Assembly (NCBI GenBank): GCA_050230475.1 | Contig: JBFLGF010000052.1 | Location: 1 to 64,000 of the forward strand | From: Ancylonema sp. | Taxonomy: Eukaryota | Direction: 5' to 3' | Length of the DNA: 64,000 bases | Shown: positions 1 to 11,463 of the stretch, piece by piece | Position numbering within the stretch: the stretch's first letter is position 1 | How the letters are laid out: every line of letters starts with the position of its first letter | Notes under the pieces: model-generated | The model's input: only the letters and a program-made list of their open reading frames with translations | What the model was told of the DNA's origin: nothing | Database searches by the model: none | Translations under genes and position numbers: made by a program

Positions 1-497
1 TTTCCGCCGCCTTTGACTCCTGATGGGCTCCGCGTGTCAGCGAGTGTGATCACGGGGAATTTTAGTGGAGAAGGCCGCCACCACGTCGGAGGGGAATGCG
101 TGACCGCCGCCCTACGGCAGAAAATGCGGCGAAGTTGCGCCTGGATGGAGTTAAGGCAAAATTGAAGACACTGGCGCAACATCTTTAAAAGCCATGCGCC
201 GGCTGTGTTTTCTACGCCGGCAATGCAGATGTGGCGCAATTGAATTTTATACATTCGTGCAAAGATCGCTGATGGTCATCCTCATTGTTTCCTGCGACTC
301 CTACACTGTATCCACGGAGCGTTGGTTCAAGGGTTCCTGCTTTTTAAGTTTGCCTCTAAAGTGCTTTCCATAGTCCTCCTTATATCTCTTCTCCAAATAT
401 TCAGTCTAGCCCTTTCTCCGATCCCGTATAAAGCACATACATTAGGTGTAGTGATTTCTTCTATTGGAGGTAGATTTTGCCTGTCGTGTTGATAGTT

Positions 498-1337
498 ATG
501 GCAGATGAGTCAGCTGCCACGGATATTTCGGCTGAACTGGCCATTCTTCGCGAGCCTGTTTTCCAGGTAGAGCCAAGTGCAATATCTGAGGAAGCCATCA
601 TTGCCGAAGTTCAAGCTGCGAATGCAAAGCTAGCAGACCGACCAGTTTCATGGTTTGAAAGACTTCTCTTACTGGATCGTCAGTTGTCTAGTGAGCTTTT
701 CAGATACGGCAGATATCTCCGGTTCCTGCTCATTCTCTTTGAACATTCGGGAAACGGTTTATTCTGGATTCCTGTTACAATCGCAGCATGGATGTCCCCC
801 TGGCCTTTCCCGCCTCCTACGAGAGACTTCCTCTTAAACCTCTTTTCCGCGTTCGTTCTCGACTTGATCGTTATTGGATCACTCAAGTCGCTTGTGAGAA
901 GGCAACGACCAGCATACAATCGTGGCCTCACTGTCATTCTGGCCCCCGACCAGTGGTCCTTCCCAAGTGGCCATGCCTCCAGGGCTCTGCTGATTGCGTG
1001 TTTTATCGTTCTTTGCCGACCATATTTGGTGAGCAAGTACGTTTCGGAGGAGCTTTTCGAGAAAGTAACTCTGTGGGCGTGTGTGTGGGCTGTGTTGACT
1101 GCTGCGTCTCGGGTTTTCTTGGGAAGGCACTACTTGTTGGATGTATTGGCAGGATCACTTCTGGGTTACTTAGAAGCTCTGACAACTTTGTCCCTGTTGT
1201 GGATACCTGTATCGGTTTCAGAATCTTTGTACGGATCTTACCTAGGCTGTCTATTCATGAAACCAACTTGTAGGCTCCCCATGCAACAAGATTTCTTCAC
1301 AGTGCTTGGATTCGAAAATCACGGACAATCTTCTTAG
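498..1337 (+). CDS. PAP2-family lipid phosphate phosphatase (LPP-beta/PLPP6-like), single exon
   Basis: ORF from ATG 498 (MADESAATD). It has all three PAP2 motifs: KSLVRRQRP (KxxxxxxRP), PSGH and SRVFLGRHYLLD (SRxxxxxHxxxD), plus several hydrophobic TM segments. Confidence 0.92.
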   Translation: MADESAATDISAELAILREPVFQVEPSAISEEAIIAEVQAANAKLADRPVSWFERLLLLDRQLSSELFRYGRYLRFLLILFEHSGNGLFWIPVTIAAWMSPWPFPPPTRDFLLNLFSAFVLDLIVIGSLKSLVRRQRPAYNRGLTVILAPDQWSFPSGHASRALLIACFIVLCRPYLVSKYVSEELFEKVTLWACVWAVLTAASRVFLGRHYLLDVLAGSLLGYLEALTTLSLLWIPVSVSESLYGSYLGCLFMKPTCRLPMQQDFFTVLGFENHGQSS

Positions 1338-2729
1338 AATAATTTTGATTTCGACATGCTCCAAAAAGAAATGTGTTCTTTTGTGTGATCTATCTGTCAT
1401 AGCGCCAAAGCGTAGACTTTGTCATCATTTCTCCCTCAGGCGTGGCAGGTGTTACATATCTTTGAAATCTCACTTGAAGTTTCGAAAACTCATACCCAAT
1501 AATCCAGTTGTAGCATGTGTTGTAGTTGTCATCGAGTCTGTTTTGTAAATAAGCACCCTTCTATGGCTCACATTTGAGTGGACTTGCTTTGAATGAGATA
1601 GCACAAATGCCTCTCATTTATGCGTTTTTTGTGCATGTCATCTCTGAGAACAACAGCAAGTTAACACCGTGTTTCTATTAATACCATGGAGTTTCATGAG
1701 CGACCTCATGAAAACCATGGTGTGGAATTTTCATGTTGTTCTTGACCTTACATATTTTTCAAGGGGCGTTTTGTGGGTTTTAATTTATTTATTTTAACCT
1801 TACTTGTTGTACCTAGACATCACTTGTGACACTTATAGTGTTTAAAAAAATCCAAAAAGTATATAGAAAAGAGGCATAAGGATGGAAGGATGCTACAATA
1901 ACAAGTATTCATTATGTGGTGGGAAAATGGATAAAAAACTCGAGGTATGCGTGGTTGAGGCAAATGCATGAGTAGTCAAAAGTAGTAGCTTGCCAAAAAA
2001 ATATGCATGAGATATGTGTATTTGTATATTAGAGTTTTATTACAAAGTTTTTTTAACAACTATGGTGAATGATAAGGTATATTGATTCGTTGGAACTTAC
2101 AACTTGGAAAATATACAATGTTCACTTTTGGGTCACTTTTGGATTTGTAATCGTTTTGTTACATTGCAACCACTCTTAATCAAATGGGAGCATTGCTGAA
2201 AATTGGTACATGAGAATATGGTAAAATATATCATCGATTTTTCCCACCTAATTTCTAATATTGGTGTTGAGGGACTAGGAGCAAGTACTTGGTCAAAATT
2301 TCTATAAAAAAAACGAGGGAGCACGTTGGTTTTTGGGTTTTAAAGCATTGATGGCTTGGCCAACTATTTTTTTGACATTTTTGATAGATGCACATTGGAA
2401 AACTACACAATTAAAAAAAAAACTTTCGAAGTTTTTTGAACTAGGAAAAAAAATAAAACCTACAAAATTTGATTTTACCCTAAATCGCCGGTCCGAGACA
2501 AATCTCCCCTTGGATGTACACATGATACTCTTCACATGATACTTCCGAGTAGTGTCCGTGTGGTGTATTACTTCATGTATAATACCTATGCATCATGGGA
2601 AATGCCCGAATTGTCCGGAATCCAAGAAATTCAATTTCTCTTTCCATTTTGTCCGTTAAGTAATACAACATATATGCATATATGCATATCTATTTGTATT
2701 TTTACAAGCTTTCATACTAAAAATTTCCA

Positions 2730-2875
2730 ATTAACCCGTGCACCCGCCATTTTTGGCGGGTCGGCGGGTGCATCGCGGGTGGGCGGGTGGATGGCGGGTG
2801 GAAGGCGGGTGGGGGATGCTGGCGGGTCGGATTTCAACCTAACCGGAGGTGTCTGGCGGGTGGACCCCAACACTA
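2730..2875. mobile_element. Right end of a hAT-like non-autonomous element (CCCGCC subterminal repeats)
   Basis: Dense GGCGGG/CCCGCC repeats end in CCAACACTA, the same terminus as the element at 24817-25653. The left end was not found. Confidence 0.45.
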
Positions 2876-3689
2876 GGGGGGGGGTACTTCCTACACCCCA
2901 GGTGTGCCAGGATGTTTCCAAATTCATGAAATATAATTGGTGAACCGGTTACAACGTGGCAATTTTCAATTTAGGGCCTAAAACGTTATATCTAACTACC
3001 TACAGTGCAAAATGGTCAGTACTCACCACTAAGTCGAATTTCGACGTCTGAAATCGAACACTGAAATTGTCCCGGTGCGGCACGCGTACCGCACGCGTGC
3101 GCAAATCTTGCGCACGGTGCTGACCCATCTACAGTAATCCCTTGATATAGTGAAAATTTTATAGACGGTGGAAAATGTTGTCACTATATCGAATGCCAAG
3201 GGTAACGCTATACAGTATATAGTGACATTTGATAGGGCGACATTGAGCCAATGTCAGTATATCGAAGGAAAGTGAATTTTAGGTTATCAACGAGATCAGG
3301 TGCGCAGAGGTTTTTATTGAAGAAGGTAGGTCATGTATATGGCGTTTGTTCTAATATCCACTCGCTACAATAAAACCTCCTTGAAGTAATAATGTCAGGA
3401 CATGTATAAAATATCAATCCAGACAGGTTATTTATTTACTATTCATTATTATATATTAGATTTGGGCGGTTATTAATTTTCACAACGTTAATTTAGGCAA
3501 GTTTCACTCTATAGTGACATCTCAATAGTAAAATCAGGGAAAAGTTTGTCACTATAACGTGTGTTACTATAGCGATTGTCACTATATCGAGTGGGTTTTT
3601 ATTTAGGATTAGAAAAAGGGCAGAAAAAATATCACTATATCGTGATTGTCACTATATCGAGTGTCACTATATCAAGGGTTTAGTGTATG
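2876..3689 (+). mobile_element. 5'-truncated copy of hAT MITE family A, interrupted by a pogo-like MITE
   Basis: 2876-3131 closely matches 10359-10618. Its right TIR CCCATCTATG is split at TA by the 3132-3685 insertion. Confidence 0.8.
3132..3685. mobile_element. Tc1/mariner-pogo-type MITE (GTCACTATA family)
   Basis: TIRs CAGTAATCCCTTGATATAGTGA / TCACTATATCAAGGGTTTAGTG with TA on both sides. The empty site CCCATC-TA-TGCTT is visible in the paralogous copy at 10611-10623. Confidence 0.88.
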
Positions 3690-3697
3690 CTTTACGC

Positions 3698-4246
3698 CAT
3701 AGTTGGCTCCGCCCCGCAAATTTCGCCCCGATTTTCACCCGGAGCGGGCCCACCACGTGCAACGTCCCGCGCAACGTCCCGGGCGGGAAACTCTCCGCCC
3801 AGGGCGGGGCCATATAGGTTATTTAAGTTTTTTGTAAACGTTTTTTGTTTAGATCATGCACATCTTTTAAAAATTTGAATCTGAGAAGTATTCGAGATTT
3901 TATAACACAAAGTATGTCTGCCATCTTTACCTTACTAATAACCTATTGTATATATCAAGTTTTATTTTCTTGTTTTTTATTTTTATAGCATTACACCACG
4001 CCACGCCACGGAGTCGGACTCATGGGTGACACTAGATGATGTCGGACGTGTGGCATATGGCGCACATTGTACAAGAAGTCGGTTTAGAACAAAACCAACC
4101 ATATCTCCGCATTGCGGTATTTTTTTTATTGTTATTTTGGCCAATAGCTCCGCTCCGCGAATTCCGCCCCGCTTTCCGCCCCGGGGGGGCCCACCCCGGG
4201 CGGCGCCCCGGGTGCGAAATTCTCCGCCCGGGGCGGGGCAAACTAT
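3698..4246 (+). mobile_element. hAT MITE family B (GCCCCG subterminal repeats), older copy
   Basis: Starts CATAGTTGGC and is colinear with 28952-29526. The right TIR and TSD are degenerate (GCAAACTAT..TTCACGC vs left CTTTACGC). Confidence 0.8.
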
Positions 4247-4700
4247 TCACGCTCCGCCAATTTAGACACGAAGTTTCGGCGAAGTGTCGATATCAACCCG
4301 GGATTTTCAGTTTCACACGAGTGGAAACCAATTGACACGTGCGGACTCGTCTGTTTTCTATGATCGCACGTGTTTACTCACAATTACTATCGTACATTGA
4401 AACAAAAAAATGTACGGAAGAAAACATTTGTTTTTTATCGTACATACATTTATACAACAAACGCTCGACATACGAAAATTGTTATGTGATAATGTGTACG
4501 GTTATGTATTGTATGTGTACGATTACAATTACATTACGCTTCTACCCACGGTAACGGAAATTCCGTGTCCGTCATGACCAAAAGTAGTGAATCGCGGTTA
4601 TTTGTAAGCTTACCAAGGGTCTGCGTAATGACGCGTCAAGATGACGCGTAATTTTCCGTCAAACGTAACCGTCACGGTAACGTTCACAACCCTAGTTGTA

Positions 4701-5434
4701 CAGTACGCCCTTGATAGTGACACTCGATACCGTGTTAATCACGATAGAGTTACATCTTTTTTGCCCATTCTCTAATCCTATATAAAAACCCACTCCATAT
4801 AGTGACAATCGCTATAGTGACACACGTTACGTTACAGTGGGCACTCGCCGTCCAATCGCCAGCCGCCAATCGCCAAGTGCTGGTTGGCCAACCGCCATTC
4901 CAGACCTCCTTCCAACCGCGCGACCGCCACCCAACCGTCCAACCGCCTTCCAACCGCCCAACCGACACCCAACCGCCGCGATGCCACCCAACCGGCACCT
5001 GATCGCCACCCGCCCGACCGCCACGGCTGGACGGTGGTTGGGTAGTTGGACGGCATTTACGACGGTTGGATGGCGGTTGGGCGCACCGGTTTTTTTTGTT
5101 GTTGCGGGATACAATATTCCTCAATAGATGGAAGGATTGGGTGCGGCTATGAGTTTGCTATTTCCAACCGCCGTCCAACCGGTCCAACTGCCGTCCAACC
5201 GGTCGCACCGCCATCAAAGCGTGGCGGTCAAGCGGTTGGGTGGCAGTTGGGTGGCAGCTCGGCGGTTGGGTGGCGGTTGGGCGGTTGGACGGCGGTTGGA
5301 CGGCGGTTGGACGGCGGTTGAGGCCCACCCTAGTGATAGTGACCAAGAATCCCAGATTTTACTTATGAGATGTCACTATAGAGTGAAACCTCTCTAATTA
5401 ACGACGGGCAAATTAATAACCTCTGAAATGTAAT
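4701..5434 (-). mobile_element. Second, inverted and truncated copy of the GTCACTATA pogo-like MITE
   Basis: TA-CAGTACGCCCTTGATAGTGACAC matches the reverse complement of the right end of 3132-3685. Homology resumes after a nested insert and stops at ~5434. Confidence 0.75.
4833..5332. mobile_element. hAT-like MITE with CCAACCG/CGGTTGG subterminal arrays
   Basis: Ends TACAGTGGGC / GCCCACCCTA and has inverted arrays of CCAACCGCC. The flanks GTTAC-GT / GTGATAGT look like a decayed 8-bp duplication of the host sequence GTTATAGT. Confidence 0.65.
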
Positions 5435-8400
5435 GGAAAATCAAAAGGTACTTTTTGTGGTACTTCGACGACAAGTGAATGGAGAAAAGCGGGAACACGT
5501 AGCACTCACGACTATCGATCTCAACAGACGAGCAACCCTGAAATGCAAAATGATGAAGTCTGAATATGCAAAAGCTGACGCGATGCAGATGTCGGTTGAC
5601 CGCCGGTATGAACAAATGGGACACGCAGGTGAGGGTGCAAACGATCGCCTGATCAAAGAAGAACTCGTCAATGGAATTGGAGGTATAAAACCAGGTGGCA
5701 TCGGAGAGTGCAACATCTGTAAGCTAGGAAAGTTACCTCGACAATCCTTCGCAAAGGTGACTAGGGACCCAAGCATTCTTCGACCACTGGACATGATCTT
5801 CGTCGACTTGGCCGGACCGAAAAAGCCTGCGACATTGGGGGGTGCGAATTACAACATGGTGATCATCGATGCATACACGCGACGGACCTGGGTGATTCTC
5901 CTCAAGGAGAAATCAGATGTAGCTGAGATATTGGAAGCCTGACTCCCGATAGTCGAGAAGTAGAGCGGAGAGAAGATGAAATTGATACGAACGGACAAAG
6001 GAGGAGAATTCACTTCAAATGCAATTCAACGTTGGCTTGCCAACAAGGGAATCGATCACTAGACAACGTCGTCGTACGGCCTGGAGCAGAATAGCATGGT
6101 CGAACGACAGAATCGAGCTCTGCAAGAAAAGACGAGAAGTATGGTGCTGGAAAAAGGTTTGCTAGGAAGTTTGTGGGGGGACTTGATGCTGCCAGCAAAT
6201 GTTTTAAGAAATTTAACGCCTACGAAGGAAGACGCCGATCGAGATGTGGACGGGTAAGAAGCCATCGGTAGAGCGACTCCGAAAAATCGGCTGCAAGGTG
6301 TACTGCCCGATTCAGAAACAATTCATAGGATTAAAAATCAAGGCACTCGCTTGGGAAGGAGTTCTCGTTGGGTACTCACCCGAGAGCCCCGACTACCGAG
6401 TGTGGGATCCAGAAACTCGAAATGTGTACAACATCGGTGGGCCGGCATTCAATGAGGAGACAGGACCGGGGTGGTGGAAAAAGGAGCCAACCATCTTGTT
6501 GTTGACTCCCGACGAGGAGGAGGAAGACCTTCAACGACGAGGACTAGGAGGGAGAGGCCGTACCACCGGTGACGCCACCTGCTGGGTCACCAACAAGAAG
6601 TCGAGAGTCGTCCCCAATGAGAAAGCTAGAGTCTTCACCAAATAGAGATGAAGGAGTTGAGACGGTCGACAATGGTGGCATCGGCCCGTGGAAATACCTC
6701 GAGACACCAGACGAGAGGAATGCCAGGAGAGCTACAATGGTGCCTCGACCCCAAACTCGACGAAGCGGACGTGAAAATCTTGGACTTCCGCCAATGAGAT
6801 TTGGGGATGGAATGATGTTGGCCAAGACCGCTCCTCACCCAGACTCGCCACAAACCATACATGAGGCACTCACCACTAGAGAACGACGCCTATGGAAGGA
6901 GGCAATCAAAAGCGAACTGGCTTCATTCGACGATAATAAGGTCTTTACCATCGTCGATAGGCTAGTGGATGGGGAAGGGCGTCGTGGGATCGAAGTGGGT
7001 GCCGCGAATCAAGCAAGCTACAGACGGGGAAGTGGATAAATACAAGGCAAGACTGGCGGCAAAAGGATACACCCAATGGGAGGGGGTGGATTACACCGAA
7101 ACGTTTACATTGCGGTTTGAGTCCTTGCGCACTCTCGTGGCATATGCAGCAAGCGAGGGCCTGCTCATGGAGCAGATGGACGTGTCGACAACATTCCTAT
7201 ATGCGGATATTGATGAGGAAGTCTACATGGAGATACCTGAGGGAATGGAGGGCCATGGACCCGGAAAAGTGATGTTGCTGCAGAAGAGCATCTATGGACT
7301 AAAGCAGGCGTCAAGACTCTGGAACCAGCACTTGGTTGTAGTCCTTGGGGAGCTAGAGTACCATCGCCTCACCTCGGACTTTGGAGTCTACATCCAAGGG
7401 AAGGGAGAGAAAAGGGTGTTGTTAGGAGTATACGTTGATGACATCCTCATGCTGGAAATGTTCATGGCAGCACTGGTGGGTCTGAAAGGACACCTGAAGC
7501 AAGAATTCAAGATGAAAGATTTGGGGGAGGCGAAGTTCATACTGGGGATGGAGATCCGACGACAGGAGAACGGGGACATCTTCTTGGTACAGGAAAAGTA
7601 TGCCGGGGAATCCTTGCCCTGTGAGCACTCCTCTGAAGATCGGTACCAGCCTGGGGAAGAGCGGGGGTCCAACAACGGAGGAGGAGCGGAAGGAGATGAC
7701 TAAAAAGCCGTATCGACAAGCCATGGGAAGTCTGATCTATATCGCGCAAGGAACGCGCCCGGACATGTCAGAGGCAGTGAGCAGCCTGAGCAGTTTCAAC
7801 CAAGATCCAGAGAGAGTTCATTGGGGAGCGGTATAGAGAATTCTGCGATACCTAAAAGGAACAACGGGGCATGGCATCAGGTATCGACGAGGGGTCTCCA
7901 TAGACTTTGTGGGCTTCTCGGATGCCAGCCACCTAAACTGTCCATATACGTTGAGGGGAAGAGCAGGATACGTATTCATGTGCGCGGGAGGTGCAGTGAG
8001 CTGGAAATCGAAGGGAGTGGGGAACAACACTTTGTCATTCTGTGAGACCGAATATCTGGCATTATCGATGGCAGCCCAAGAGGGAGCCTTTCTAAGTAAC
8101 CTGCAGGCAGAGCTGAGAGGGAAGAAGATCCTTGAGACCAAGGAGGAGATGGAGGTGATCACTAACAAGAAAGACAGCCAGTCATCCAAGGATTTGGTTG
8201 ACAACCTAGTGTTCCATCCCAAGAGCAAGCACATTCTCAACAAGCATCATTTCATTCGGGAGAGGGTACTTCTCGGACAAGTTCAGCTGGAATTTGTTTA
8301 CAGTGAAAACAACGGGGCGGACATGTTGACTAAGCACGCAAGTGCTGGACTGATAGCAGAGAACAAGAGATTGATTGCGATGCATTAGAATTCAGTATTA

Positions 8401-8854
8401 TGGGGGTGGGAGTAGAAACTATCGATTTGTTCCAATTAGGGGGTGTGTTGGAATTAATTGTTCTAAAATCGATAGAATGATAAGGTTCGGTATTAAAAAA
8501 ATGAGCGGTATAAATAGTCGGGTCATCGATTTTGGTTATTTTGGGGATTACGGTGACTAGACATTATTGACATATGACGCTGCTCAACGGCGCCGCACTA
8601 TGGATAAGGTTCTTGGATATTTTTGAGTAGGCTTGCAGCTTGAGAAGTTGGATGTAGGCAGGAGCCTGAACATTTCAGAATTCATTTACTTCAAGCATTT
8701 ACCCTCTCTCCTTGTCGACGTTTATCGCCGATTCTAAGGTTACGGTTTGTGTGATTGATGAGTTCCATACGATGACGAATTCAATTGCTTTCATTGATCG
8801 AGGCCATATGGGCCACACAAGAGAGGTCCTCGCTAAGAATATCTCACTTCAACA
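5435..8854 (+). mobile_element. Ty1/Copia LTR retrotransposon, 5'-truncated and decayed
   Basis: Domain order is integrase Zn finger (GH..CNIC), integrase core (VDLAGP, RTDKGGEF), RT (KARLAAKG, QMDV, SIYGLKQA, VYVDD), RNase H (GFSDAS, KSKHI, ADMLTK), which is the Copia order. Many stops and frameshifts. No gag or 5' LTR. Confidence 0.93.
8446..8854 (+). repeat. 3' LTR of Copia element 1
   Basis: TGTTG...CAACA termini, preceded by the polypurine tract AGGGGGTG just after the pol stop. Confidence 0.75.
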
Positions 8855-9384
8855 TTTCATGATATAATTTGTTGTCTCGGCAAGTGTCGATTTTTTATAT
8901 CGAATTAGCTTAGTCTCTTTAATAGGACATGTTTGGTCATCGGCATTTTTGGCCACGTGTCACCGGATGTCGATAATATGTCTTGTCGATAGTATTAAAA
9001 TGTAGTCTTATCGACTTGTGGGGCGTCGGCGTCGGCTTGTGCTGTCTGGCTGAAGAGCAAACATTACGCTCATAATTGTTCATGAAAGTTTTCCTATCAC
9101 AAGTGCTTCTTTCGTTGCAGTGATCTTGTACTATCGTGCATTACTTGATTCATGAGTGTGGGAGTATTGCAACCGTCTTTGCATAGATGACAGAATCAAG
9201 CTGTAACATAATGGTAAAAATTGGGTATGGAAACTCGACAAATGCCATCGTGTACATTCATGCCTACAATCCTAAAATACTTCAATCCTCTTGTCCCGTA
9301 TTTCACCAAAAAAAATGTAACCAGTAAGCGCATCCACATTACAGAGTGTGTGCAATTATTTGTCGATTTTATATTGTATAAAAG

Positions 9385-9689
9385 CATAGTTGATCCTGAT
9401 CCATCCCTATCCCCGATTCGGATTGGCACCGGTCCAGACCCGATCCGGATCGGCGTGGGATCGGAAATATTCCGATCGGATCGGGCCCAACAACATACAC
9501 AAATTAGAAACAACTAGAAATACGTTATAGGAGGTTTCAAGCCTTCATTGGTGCATATGAAGTTTTATTGCCCCCTGAAGCTGAAGCTGCCTGATTCTGA
9601 TCGCCTCCGATTCGGATCGGCGCCGGATCGGGTCCGATCCGGATGGGCGTTGTATCGGAAATTCTTCGATCGGATCGAGAGTAACTACG
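9385..9689. mobile_element. hAT-like MITE with GATCC/CGGATC subterminal repeats
   Basis: Ends CATAGTT / AACTACG. Flanks are TATAAAAG / TTAAAAAG (6/8 match). Confidence 0.6.
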
Positions 9690-9754
9690 TTAAAAAGAAC
9701 CGCCAACGATGTTTGATGGTTGGGTAAGAAACATAAATGAGACGTTTTCTTATA

Positions 9755-11010
9755 CCATACTGGCCACATAATGACCCGAGGAAAAAAATAAAACAAAATC
9801 GGGGTGACCCACCGACTTGACCCAATCCAAATATTTGTATCATCCTGTGACCCATATTTATGACCTGGGTAAATAATGTATGTGATCTTTACATTATAAT
9901 GTGACATGGCAAGCAAAATGACCTAGCGCAACATTGCACGTAATTTTTACCACACCAATACCGTTCTAATTGTGGTACTAAAATTAGAAACCTCGGGTGA
10001 GAGAAGCAGAGGGGATTGTCAGCTCTAGATTTCGGCCTTGTAGCGTAATTGTAACATTAGCCCTGAATCGAATTGTTGATGACATAACATTCCAATTGTG
10101 GTTGATTAACGTTGTATGGGTAGGCTTATGTTACATGGGATGTCTTCAAACCCCATCCAAATGGGAAAGAAACACAAGTTTTATGTTAAAAACCAGAAAA
10201 GTACCCCCCCCCCCTGCTTATGAACATAGATGGGTCTTTCAAGTGCGCGTCCCGCACGTGTTCCGCACGCGTGCGCTCGCGCACGTGTGCCGCACGCGTG
10301 CGCAAATCTCGCGCACGGTGCTGAACCATAGGCGTTAAAATTATATTATTATTACCCAGGGGGGGGGGGTAACTTCCTACACCCCAGGGGTGCCGGGATG
10401 TTTCCAAATTCATGAAATGTATTTGGTGAACCGGTTACAACGTGGCAGTATTTAATTTAGGGCCTAAGACGTTACATCAAACTACTTACAGTGCAAAATG
10501 GTTAGTACTCACTACTTTGTCAAATTTCGACGTCCGAAAGTCGATTACAGAAATTGTCCCTATGCGGCACGTGTGCCGCACACGTGCGCAAATCTTGCGC
10601 ACGGTGCTGGCCCATCTATGCTTATGAATGAAGGGAATTATGATTTGTACGCTACATCAAACATTGTTTTGCCGACAATGTGTTATGCATAAAACAAAAC
10701 TATCTACTTAGTTCGAGTCCAACATTCAAAGTCCGACATTTCTTTTGCACTGTTCCCCCCCCTACATTACAATATTAGATTGTTCAAAACCGAGACGAAA
10801 ATTTGCAAAAACCAAACCATTGACGATCAACTTGGCCGCTACCGGACCATGATTGAATCTTGAGCGATGGGGGTCCGAATACATACGCAGTTTGATTTTA
10901 TAAAAAACGAGAAGAGATACACTTATTGATGTTGATAATAATGTTGATGCTGATGTTGCCACTATGCCGGATTATAATTATTAGCGGGTCATTTTGTACG
11001 GCCAGTGTTG
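9755..11010. mobile_element. Tc1/mariner-type non-autonomous element (CACATAATGACCCG family) hosting a hAT MITE
   Basis: TA-CCATACTGGCCACATAATGACCCG ... CGGGTCATTTTGTACGGCCAGTGTTG-TA. Same TIR family as 62289-62526. Confidence 0.6.
10225..10620 (+). mobile_element. hAT MITE family A, complete
   Basis: TIR CATAGATGGG / CCCATCTATG, perfect 8-bp TSD CTTATGAA (10217-10224, 10621-10628), GCACG subterminal repeats. Confidence 0.92.
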
Positions 11011-11463
11011 TATTCGTTGACGATTAGCATCAACAGACATCATGGTTGCATGCGGTGACTGAAGGAGGGGCTCTTGTTTATTATCACCCTCTTTAATGCA
11101 GGTTTCACAATTAAAATAAATTATTTACGGGTGCTAGGTCAAAAGAGCGCTAGGTCAACTCACTTTGTGCGACACAAATTGGAAAAGCTATATAACAAGA
11201 GGTAAAGATCGCCTCCCCTCTTTATTTCTCATATGTGACAAAGATTTTGCAATGAGCATGGAGACAAAATTGATGTGGTCAAAGCCAACCACGCCGACTA
11301 CGAAGCTACCAACTAGAGTCCAAACTAAATAACTATGGTATAATATCCATAAACAAAATTATGCGCATTCCTAGTATATCTACTCCCATCGCCCAACTGT
11401 GTAAGTTGGTCGTCACGTTTTGTAGATACAAGTTTTCCAATGCCTAAACCTTGCCATGCCCAG

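Noticed and set aside
4833..5332. Regular CCAACCGCC arrays resembling CRISPR or iterons
   Set aside because: There are no unique spacers. The arrays are inverted and bounded by TIRs, so they are MITE subterminal repeats.
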